A stretch of 64,000 nt of DNA from Bryobacterales bacterium (lineage in GTDB: Bacteria > Acidobacteriota > Terriglobia > Bryobacterales > UBA6623): assembly GCA_026713545.1 (NCBI GenBank), contig JAPOOG010000065.1:8-64007 (forward strand). The letters are read 5' to 3'. The notes beneath the pieces were generated by a model. It was not told the DNA's origin, ran no database searches, and was given only the letters and a program-made list of their open reading frames with translations. The translations under genes were made by a program, and so were the position numbers. Below, piece by piece: positions 10,058-17,505 of the stretch. The first letter of the stretch is position 1; every line of letters starts with the position of its first letter.

Positions 10058-10428
10058 CCAGGCGGATGGGTCGCACTGTTTGACCATCGTCTGAGAAACG
10101 GAGCAGGAGAGATGGAACCAGCAGCCCGTGGTAAAAGTCACGCAGGCGGCGTTACGCGCCCCGGGGCCGATTGCGAAACGCGTGGCCACTGCGGGGACGC
10201 AGCGACGCGCTCTCCGCGCAGTCGAGCGGAAGCGGCGCGTAACCCTTCGGGCGACGGACATTTGCGCTCGTCGGCTTTGTCGTTCGTCGGAGGAGATCAC
10301 CCGGATCGCCATCCTCCTCACTCCGCGCCGAGCGACCGCAGAAGCCCGCCGCGCCTTCCACGGGACTTTTCCCACGGACTGCCTGCCGGCAATGGCTCGC
10401 GCGCGGACAGGCCGGATCTTTCAGCATT
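10058..10428 (+). repeat. structured intergenic repeat (type-2 module plus degenerate type-1 tail), copy D; fills the whole grx-trxB spacer
   Basis: 10266-10392 matches the reverse complement of 63878-64000 with ~8 mismatches in ~119 nt (by eye). Internal long-range inverted repeats: 10126-10151 with 10347-10377, and 10150-10159 with 10228-10237. There is also a GGAGGA...TCCTCC hairpin. Confidence 0.75.
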
Positions 10429-10441
10429 CGAAGGAGTCGAT

Positions 10442-11443
10442 TTCTCGGAGGCTGAGCACCGCAACGTCATCATCATCGGTTCAGGGCCGGCGGGCTTCAC
10501 GGCCGCTTTGTACGCGGCGCGCGCGAATCTCGAACCGCTGCTCTTCCAAGGACCCGAAGCCGGCGGTCAGCTCGTCACGACCACCGATGTCGAGAACTAT
10601 CCCGGTTTTCCTGACGGTGTTCTGGGGCCCGACATGATGCTCAAGTTCGAGGCCCAGGCGAAACGCTTCGGGGCTGACGTGCGCTACGGAACCGTCACGA
10701 CGGTCGACTTCTCGAAGCGCCCGTTCCGGTTGATGGTCGACGGGACGAAGCCCTTCCTGGCTGACGCGGTCATCATTTCGACAGGCGCTTCCGCACGCTA
10801 CCTGGGGCTCGAGAACGAAAAGCGCCTGCTCGGCCACGGCGTGTCGGCTTGCGCGACCTGCGACGGAGCGTTCTTCCGGGACCAGAAGCTGGCGCTTGTC
10901 GGAGGCGGCGATACGGCCATGGAAGAGTCGCTCTTCCTGACCCGCTTCGCTACGGACGTATATGTGATCCACCGCCGTGATTCGCTCCGCGCCTCAAAGA
11001 TCATGCAGGACCGCGCCAAGGCGAACCAGAAGATCCACTTCATCTGGGACACCGTCGTCGAAGACGTGCTGGGCGAGAAGGAAGTCGAGGGCGTCGTGTT
11101 GAGGAATCTCAAAACGGGCGAGACTTCTACGCTCGACGTAGGAGGATTCTTCGTAGCCATTGGCCACAAGCCCAACACCGGGATCTTCAAAGGCTGGCTC
11201 GACATGGACGAACTCGGCTACATCCGAACCAGTCCGGATTCAACCTATACCAACATCGCCGGCGTTTTTGCGAGCGGAGACGCCCAGGACCATGTCTATC
11301 GTCAGGCGGTAACGGCTGCCGGAACCGGATGCATGGCAGCCATCGACGCCGAGCGCTGGCTGGCCGAGAACCCCCCTGTCGAAGCTTCGGAGACTGCCGA
11401 AACGGAAAGCCGGGCGCGCCAGGGCAGCTCGACCCGGAGTTGA
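10442..11443 (+). CDS. trxB: thioredoxin-disulfide reductase; start codon unresolved
   Basis: Diagnostic motifs: 'NVIIIGSGPAGFTAALYAARANL', redox-active 'CATCDG', 'GGGDTAMEE', 'FASGD'. The ORF is open from ATG 10112, but that extension runs through repeat D. There is no ATG/GTG/TTG in frame between 10280 and the GxGxxG motif. SD GAAGGAG (10430-10436) points at in-frame TTC 10442. Confidence 0.85.
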   Translation, partial: FSEAEHRNVIIIGSGPAGFTAALYAARANLEPLLFQGPEAGGQLVTTTDVENYPGFPDGVLGPDMMLKFEAQAKRFGADVRYGTVTTVDFSKRPFRLMVDGTKPFLADAVIISTGASARYLGLENEKRLLGHGVSACATCDGAFFRDQKLALVGGGDTAMEESLFLTRFATDVYVIHRRDSLRASKIMQDRAKANQKIHFIWDTVVEDVLGEKEVEGVVLRNLKTGETSTLDVGGFFVAIGHKPNTGIFKGWLDMDELGYIRTSPDSTYTNIAGVFASGDAQDHVYRQAVTAAGTGCMAAIDAERWLAENPPVEASETAETESRARQGSSTRS

Positions 11444-11505
11444 TACAATCATTTCTCTCCGGCTCCGACCGAGCCGAACCTCCCGTACAAGGAGTTACGA
11501 CAACG

Positions 11506-11907
11506 ATGCGCCGATCAATGGTACTGACGACCGTTCTGGCCGTCCTCATCCTCATGAGTCATGGCACGCTTTCCGCGGGCGAAAAGAAGCTCATGCACTG
11601 CTTCTACTTCACGCCGATCGCCGAGGCGACGGACGCCGAGTGGGAAGCTTTCAAGAAAGCGACCAACGAGCTGCCGGGGAAGATCCCGGGGTTGAACACG
11701 GTTTGGCACGGCAAGCTTCGCCGGCCGTACAGAAATTACAACTCCAGTGGCGAATACAGGGTCCGTGAGTACGGTGTCTGCATGGAGATTGATGATGAAG
11801 CCGCCCTCGGCGTGTACGCCGACCACCCCGCCCACACAGAATGGGTAGGGATCTATGAGAAGGTTCGCCAGCGAGGCACCTCGACGTTCGACATTCTGGG
11901 CGAGTAA
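11506..11907 (+). CDS. exported Dabb (stress-responsive alpha/beta-barrel) domain protein
   Basis: ATG 11506 is preceded by AAGGAG. It has a signal peptide 'MRRSMVLTTVLAVLILMSHGTLSA'. The Dabb-like pattern is 'LMHCFYFTP...EWEAFKKA...YADHPAHTEW'. Confidence 0.7.
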   Translation: MRRSMVLTTVLAVLILMSHGTLSAGEKKLMHCFYFTPIAEATDAEWEAFKKATNELPGKIPGLNTVWHGKLRRPYRNYNSSGEYRVREYGVCMEIDDEAALGVYADHPAHTEWVGIYEKVRQRGTSTFDILGE

Positions 11908-12153
11908 GCGAGCTCTTCGCTGACAGATACGGGTTGCCGCCCGCGGTTTGAAACAAAACCCGGTCTCCACCAAGCCCTGACGGCTAGGCGCCCCATGGTT
12001 ACGTAACTGCCTGCGGCTGCGATGCGACGGATGCCCATTCTTCCCTCGACTGCCGGATTCGCCGCGTCAAGAAGGGGCGGTTCCTACCGGCCGGCCGCTA
12101 CGGTCTCCATGGCGCATCGCCAATGGACAGATCGCCTCAACTGGCATGCTCGG

Positions 12154-12181
12154 GCGCCGGGAGGCCTTTTCCGGCGTTTTG
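12154..12181. terminator. GC-rich hairpin plus T-run between convergent genes (terminator-like)
   Basis: GCGCCGG (12154-12160) pairs with CCGGCGT (12171-12177) across a 10-nt loop, followed by TTTT. It lies 5 nt from the ccp stop. Confidence 0.35.
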
Positions 12182-12185
12182 AAAG

Positions 12186-13217
12186 CTACTTGTTGACGTA
12201 GCTGGGATCTTGCGCAGCGGCGGGGGCGTTGGCCTTCTCCTCCGGCTTGACGTCGAAGATGTCCGGCGTCCCGGGGGAATCCGTGATCGAGTTGATCACC
12301 CGGCCGTTCAGCGAGCGCAGGAAGGCCGACAGGTCCGACTTGTCCTGGCCGCTCAATTCGAGCGGCTCGATCTCCGCCTTCAGTCCATCAGGCGCGGAAC
12401 CCCCGCGTGCGTAATGATCGATGACGTGCCGCAGCTTCAGGTAATGGCCGTTGTGCATGTAGGAAGAGCGTCGATTGACGTCGCGCAACCCCTGTGTCTT
12501 GTGTTTCGTCCCATTCGGCGTGCCTCCGGGAATCTCGGGAACGCCGGTGTAATGGAACTGATGGTCGGTGAGAAGCGGTCCGTTGTGGCAGCCGACGCAG
12601 CCGGCCTTGCCGGTGAACAAGTCCATGCCTCGAACCGCTTCCGGCTTGAGCGCGGTCTTGTCCCCCAGCAGATAACGGTCAAAGTCACTGTCGTATGAGA
12701 CGAGCGTCCGCTCATAGGCTGCGATGGCCTTCGCGATCAAGTCGAACGTAATCGACTGGCCGGGGAAAACCCGCGCAAACAGCTTTTGATAGAGGGGGTC
12801 GTTCGCTACCCGTTCCGCCGCAACCTCGGGTTCGAGGTCCATTTCGAGATTGTTCTCGAGCGGCTTGGGCACTTGTTCTTCCAACGTCTTGACGCGTCCG
12901 TCGGAAAACATGGAGCGTTGCCATCCGACGTTCAGCAGCCCCGGCGTCTTGCGGCGCAACTCCATATCGTGCAGGCCCCAGGCACGGCTGAGCCCGTCCA
13001 TGAACAGCAACGCCGGTTTGTGGCAAGTGCCGCAACTGCGGCGCCCTCCCCGCGAGAGCATCGTTTCGAAGAAGAGCATTTCACCGAGCTCGATCTTCTC
13101 CGGCGTGCCCGGGTTGTCCGCAGGGTGCGCGGGGTTGCCGGTCAGGGGCGCGAGACCAGAGTGCTCGGCCGCCCAGGCAACCGACGAAAGCAGAAGAACG
13201 GCGCACACGAAACGCAT
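12186..13217 (-). CDS. di-haem cytochrome c peroxidase (CCP/MauG family)
   Basis: It has a signal peptide and two CXXCH motifs (CGTCH, CVGCH). Length and motif spacing are CCP-like. Confidence 0.85.
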   Translation of the reverse strand: MRFVCAVLLLSSVAWAAEHSGLAPLTGNPAHPADNPGTPEKIELGEMLFFETMLSRGGRRSCGTCHKPALLFMDGLSRAWGLHDMELRRKTPGLLNVGWQRSMFSDGRVKTLEEQVPKPLENNLEMDLEPEVAAERVANDPLYQKLFARVFPGQSITFDLIAKAIAAYERTLVSYDSDFDRYLLGDKTALKPEAVRGMDLFTGKAGCVGCHNGPLLTDHQFHYTGVPEIPGGTPNGTKHKTQGLRDVNRRSSYMHNGHYLKLRHVIDHYARGGSAPDGLKAEIEPLELSGQDKSDLSAFLRSLNGRVINSITDSPGTPDIFDVKPEEKANAPAAAQDPSYVNK

Positions 13218-13341
13218 TTCGCTAACAAACTACCACAGTACTCCAACGGCTATCCCGCCGCGCCGCATGCGGACAGGCCGAGTGCAGCCCCCATGCTATT
13301 CTCTGGGTGGGGGCGTGTTCGCGAAAGGCTCCTAAACCGCC

Positions 13342-14460
13342 ATGCAACCTCGTTTCGACGACCCGAGGCTGCGGTCCATCGCCGGCAAGGTGATGGCCGG
13401 AGAACGCCTGAGTTTCGAAGACGGCCTGAGCCTTTACCGCTCGCCGGATCTGCTCGGCATCGGTTATCTGGCGAACCACGTCCGCGAGCAGTTCAACGGT
13501 GACACGACGTACTTCAACGTCAACCGCCACATCAACCCCACGAATGTGTGCGTAGCAGCCTGCAAACTGTGCGCTTTCGGGCGCCAGGTGCGCAATCCAC
13601 AGGCCTACACCATGTCACTCGACCAGGTCTGGGAAGTCGCCGGACAAGGCTATGTCGAAGCGGTCTCCGAGTTCCATATCGTCGGCGGACTGCACCCGGA
13701 ACTCTCACTTGACTGGTTCTGCGAGATGATCTCCGGCCTGCGCGAGCGCTATCCGCACGTTCACCTCAAGGCGTTCACGATGGTCGAGATCGGCTACCTT
13801 GCCCGCCGCGCAAAGCTATCGATCGAGGAGACCCTCATTCGGCTGAAAGAGGCCGGTATGCAGTCGCTCCCCGGCGGCGGCGCGGAGATCTTCAACGAGC
13901 GAGTCCGCCGCATCATCTGCGACCACAAGATCGACGGCGAAGAGTGGATTTCGACCGCCCGCATCGCGCATCAGATCGGCTTGAAGTCGAATGCGACGAT
14001 GCTCTACGGCCACATCGAGACCGAAGAAGACCGAGTTGACCACTTGATCCGGCTTCGCGAGTTGCAGGACGAGACCGGTGGTTTCCAAACGTACATTCCA
14101 CTCGCATTCCATCCCGCGAACACCCCCATGCTGCACCTGCCGGCGACCACGGGCTTCGCGGACATCAAGAACATCGCGGTCGCGCGATTGCTGCTCGACA
14201 ACTTTCCTCACGTCAAGGCCTACTGGATCATGATGACGCCGAAGGTGGCGCAGGTCGCGCAACGCTTCGGCGCGGATGACATTGACGGCACCGTCGTTGA
14301 AGAGAAGATCTACCACGACGCCGGCGCCACGACCTCTCAAGTGCTGCGGCGCGAAGAGTTGTTGCGGCTGATCCGGGAAGCCGGCCGCAAGCCGGTCGAG
14401 CGGGACACCTTGTACCGGCCTGTCCAACGCGAAGAAGCCACGTTCACGGTTCTCGTTTAG
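13342..14460 (+). CDS. futalosine-pathway radical SAM enzyme (MqnE/MqnC family)
   Basis: 'NVNRHINPTNVCVAACKLCAF' is a CX3CX2C motif in MqnE/MqnC-type context. The N-terminus 'RLSFEDGLSLYRSPDLLGIGYLAN' also fits. I cannot separate MqnE from MqnC by eye. Confidence 0.8.
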   Translation: MQPRFDDPRLRSIAGKVMAGERLSFEDGLSLYRSPDLLGIGYLANHVREQFNGDTTYFNVNRHINPTNVCVAACKLCAFGRQVRNPQAYTMSLDQVWEVAGQGYVEAVSEFHIVGGLHPELSLDWFCEMISGLRERYPHVHLKAFTMVEIGYLARRAKLSIEETLIRLKEAGMQSLPGGGAEIFNERVRRIICDHKIDGEEWISTARIAHQIGLKSNATMLYGHIETEEDRVDHLIRLRELQDETGGFQTYIPLAFHPANTPMLHLPATTGFADIKNIAVARLLLDNFPHVKAYWIMMTPKVAQVAQRFGADDIDGTVVEEKIYHDAGATTSQVLRREELLRLIREAGRKPVERDTLYRPVQREEATFTVLV

Positions 14461-14568
14461 CACGAGATCTTTTCCGAGGCCGGCGTCCGCCACCTGACGG
14501 GTACGCATGTAGGGGAACAGTGACGCAACATCCTTGCCGTGGCGGGTTTGCGGGGAATACTCTGCGAC

Positions 14569-14597
14569 TTGACACGAATTTCGTGTTTCACTATCTT
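14569..14597 (+). promoter_or_regulatory. sigma70-like promoter of vapBC (TTGACA-17-TATCTT) with an embedded perfect palindrome
   Basis: TTGACA 14569-14574 and TATCTT 14592-14597. The palindrome ACACGAAtTTCGTGT (14572-14586) sits in the spacer. The vapB ATG (14604) is 7 nt after the -10. Confidence 0.5.
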
Positions 14598-14603
14598 TGT
14601 GTT

Positions 14604-14846
14604 ATGAAGAATGTCACCGTGTCGCTGCCGGAGGATGACGCGCTTTGGCTGAGGGTCCGGGCCGCCGAGAACGGGCGAAGCGTCTCCAGTTGGCTCGCCA
14701 ACCTGATCGGAGAGATGAGGCGCCGAGAGGACGAGTACGAGGTGGCGATGGAGCGCTTTCTTGCGAGAAAGCCACGAAAGCTCGACTGGAGCAACCATCA
14801 GAAGCCAACACGGGACGAATTGCATGACCGCGCCGGTCTTCGTTGA
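14604..14846 (+). CDS. vapB: ribbon-helix-helix (CopG/VapB-like) antitoxin
   Basis: 'MKNVTVSLPEDDALWLRVRAAENGRSVSSWLANLI' is an RHH pattern. The gene overlaps the downstream PIN gene. Confidence 0.7.
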   Translation: MKNVTVSLPEDDALWLRVRAAENGRSVSSWLANLIGEMRRREDEYEVAMERFLARKPRKLDWSNHQKPTRDELHDRAGLR

Positions 14847-15288
14847 CACCAACGTTCTCGTCTACCGGCATGATAGCTCGGATCCGGCCAAGCAGTCTCG
14901 CGCCAACGACTGGATCACACTTCTCGCAAGCCGCCGCTCGGCTCGGATCAGTTTCCAGGTCTTGCAGGAGCTTTACGTCACACTCACGCGCAAGCTGAAG
15001 CCGGACTACGACACGCGGGAAGCGCAAGACATCGTGCGTGATTTGGCGGTATGGAGACCGGTAACTGTCGACCTCGCCGCCATGGAACGATCCTGGCACC
15101 TGCAACAACGCTATTCTCTTTCTTGGTGGGGCTCCCTCATCGTCGCGGCAGCACAATCTTGCGAGTGCTCCGTGCTTCTCACTGAGGATCTCCAGCACGG
15201 CCAGATTATCGACGGCATTCGAGTGATCGATCCTTTCAAGTCGCCAGACCGGATGCCGGCGGAGGTTCTGGAAACGCTGGAGCGGTGA
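14824..15288 (+). CDS. vapC: PIN-domain toxin (VapC-like)
   Basis: 'MTAPVFVDTNVLVY...QVLQELY...LLTEDLQHG' carries the conserved acidic PIN residues. It overlaps vapB by 23 nt. Confidence 0.8.
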   Translation: MTAPVFVDTNVLVYRHDSSDPAKQSRANDWITLLASRRSARISFQVLQELYVTLTRKLKPDYDTREAQDIVRDLAVWRPVTVDLAAMERSWHLQQRYSLSWWGSLIVAAAQSCECSVLLTEDLQHGQIIDGIRVIDPFKSPDRMPAEVLETLER

Positions 15289-15349
15289 TTGATCAGGGTT
15301 GGTAGTTATAACTGCTCTGATCACAAATATCCAGGGGAAGGGACAACAC

Positions 15350-15540
15350 GATGCGCCTGGCCTGCATTTCTCGCCACCCGACGGCCGAAGCCCGCGATAC
15401 GACCGCCATGACTTCGTTGCGTTTGCTGGCCGTGCTCGACGTACGGTCAAGTACGCCTGCGCGCGCCCAGCGGCTCGCGCCTCGTCCTGACGGCCCTCTC
15501 ACGCACTTCGTCTCGCCACGCGGCAAGCAATGCAGACTAG
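15350..15540 (-). repeat. MITE-like hairpin-ended repeat, type 1, copy A
   Basis: The 174-nt core 15362-15535 is ~90% identical (by eye) to the reverse complement of 38821-38994. Imperfect terminal inverted repeats: CTGCATTTCTCGCCAC and GGCAAGCAATGCAG. Confidence 0.8.
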
Positions 15541-15792
15541 TTTTTCCTCCGCCAGTGTGCGGATCATACAAGCAGGAAACATCCGAACCGGTGACAACGC
15601 CACTTGATCAGTGGGATGTTTCAGGTCAGTCGTTCCGGTCGCAACCGGAGCACGCAACCCGGCAATCAAGGAAACCGTGGTGAGTTCGCCGGGGCCGCAG
15701 ACAAGCGGCAGGAGTCCAATGGAAACAGGCCGATGCCGCGACCGTAGCGGCCAATGGTCAACAGTCCGTCAAGGATATTCGGGAGGAATGTA

Positions 15793-17025
15793 ATGAGTGA
15801 CAAATCCGGCCACGACGCCGCGCAGATCGGCGCGCTTGAGGAGCGCCATCTCTTCCAGAACTACGGGCGCCGCAAGATCGTTCTTGTACGGGGTCAGGGC
15901 TGCTACGTCTACGACGATCAGGGAAAGCAGTATCTCGACTTCATCTCCGGCATCGGCGTCAATGCCCTCGGCCACGGCCACGCGCGGGTGATCGAGGCCC
16001 TTTGCGATCAAGCCGGCACCTTGATTCACTGTTCGAACCTCTATGCTCACCCCTACCAGGGCCCCCTGGCCGAAAAGCTCACGCGGCTGAGCGGGCTCGA
16101 CCGGGCGTACTTCTGCAACAGCGGGGCCGAGGCCATCGAGACGGCGCTCAAGATCGCCAAGGGCTACGGGCGTTCGAAGAGCCCGGACAAGACCGGAATC
16201 GTCGCTCTGGACAACTCCTTCGCGGGCCGAACTCTCGGCGCGGTCTCCGTCACGGGCCAACCGAAGTACCGCCAACCCTTCGAGCCCCTGATTCCCGACG
16301 TGAAGTTCGTCGACGCGAATCATTTGGCGGGGCTGGAAGCGGCCGTGAGCGACAAGACAGCCGCCATCATGTTCGAGCCCATTCTCGGTGAAGGCGGTAT
16401 CATGCGGATCACCCGCGAATTCGCCCAAAAGGCGGCCGATCTGGCGCAACAGCACGACGCTCTGTTGCTATTGGATGAGATTCAGTGCGGCCTCGGGCGA
16501 ACAGGAGAGTATTTCACCTTTCAGACCTGGAATGACGGCGAATCAGCCGCTATCCGTCCGGACATCGTCACTCTGGCCAAACCGCTGGGCGGCGGCATGC
16601 CGATCGGCGCCGTGCTCGCGAGCGACCGTGCGGCGAACGTGCTGTCGCCGGGAATGCACGGCAGCACGTTCGGGGGCAACGCGCTCGCCTGCCGCATCGC
16701 GCTCGAAGTTCTCGACGTGCTCGATGAGATCCTGCCTCGCGTCAGGGAGACCGGTGCGCACTTCCAAAAGCGTCTGAGCGAACTGGTCGACAAGTACGAT
16801 TTCGTCAGCGAAGTGCGGGGATGCGGCCTGATGCGTGGGCTGAATCTCACGGCGCCCGGCAAGTCCGTCGTCCCGGCCATGGCCGAAAAGGGTTTCCTGA
16901 TGAACTGCACCGCAGGCACCGTGTTGCGCTTTCTTCCGCCCTATATCGTTGAACCGGAGCATATCGACCAGTTAGTCGAGGCGCTGGAGCAACTCTTTGA
17001 TGCCGGCCCTCCGGCGGAAGCCTGA
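15793..17025 (+). CDS. argD: acetylornithine/class-III PLP aminotransferase
   Basis: ATG 15793 follows GGGAGG. Motifs: 'SGIGVNALGHGH', 'DEIQCGLGRTGE', 'TLAKPLGGGMPIGA'. Confidence 0.85.
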   Translation: MSDKSGHDAAQIGALEERHLFQNYGRRKIVLVRGQGCYVYDDQGKQYLDFISGIGVNALGHGHARVIEALCDQAGTLIHCSNLYAHPYQGPLAEKLTRLSGLDRAYFCNSGAEAIETALKIAKGYGRSKSPDKTGIVALDNSFAGRTLGAVSVTGQPKYRQPFEPLIPDVKFVDANHLAGLEAAVSDKTAAIMFEPILGEGGIMRITREFAQKAADLAQQHDALLLLDEIQCGLGRTGEYFTFQTWNDGESAAIRPDIVTLAKPLGGGMPIGAVLASDRAANVLSPGMHGSTFGGNALACRIALEVLDVLDEILPRVRETGAHFQKRLSELVDKYDFVSEVRGCGLMRGLNLTAPGKSVVPAMAEKGFLMNCTAGTVLRFLPPYIVEPEHIDQLVEALEQLFDAGPPAEA

Positions 17026-17505
17026 CGGGTCCTTGATCGCAGAGCGCATCGCGCCGAAAGCCGCCCGGCCGTCTGCATTTCCATCTCTCGAGAAACGAGA
17101 GGTCAAGACCATGTCGGCTGGCCAGGTATCACCCGCATGGCGGGCATCGCTCCACATTACCCTGGCTTCGACTATCGAAACCGCCTGCCATTCGGCTTGG
17201 CACTGGAGTCGCTGACCAAACTATATGCCATGCCGGTGAGCACCGTGATTTTCAGCAAGTTCTTGTCGCCTATCTTTGCTCCGACGGTTTTCTTCGCCTG
17301 CATGGTTCTTGGGCCACGTCCAGCATTTTTTCGTCGGTAACGCAGACAAGATCGACATCGAGATTCCCGGCGAAGGAGCAGCCGGGCTCATTCGATTCCG
17401 ATTCAGATGGGGACAGGCTCCTTCGCGGACCAAGTGATCCAGGCCGCTGATTTGGATTGAAACGGCAGGTTGCGCTTCGGGTCTCGCTAAGGTACAAGTC
17501 ATTGA

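Noticed and set aside
10112-10441. N-terminal 110-codon extension of the trxB ORF, and the similar ORF 63794-63988(-) ('SFV.GDHPDRHPPHSAPSD..SPPRLPRDF.HGLP').
   Set aside because: The shared peptide comes from repeat copies D and C. Every nucleotide difference inside the shared frame is non-synonymous (G/E, RR/YS, S/C). In copy C the frame is not joined to the downstream gene. This fits non-coding repeat sequence better.
15351-15683. ORFs running through type-1 repeat copies: 15351-15683(+), 14614-15450(-) N-terminus, 38906-39145(+), 38866-39081(-), 38124-38948(-) N-terminus.
   Set aside because: Several frames on both strands are open simultaneously. Differences between the copies change amino acids in each frame. 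There is no start or SD context. They are open only because the repeat is GC-rich.
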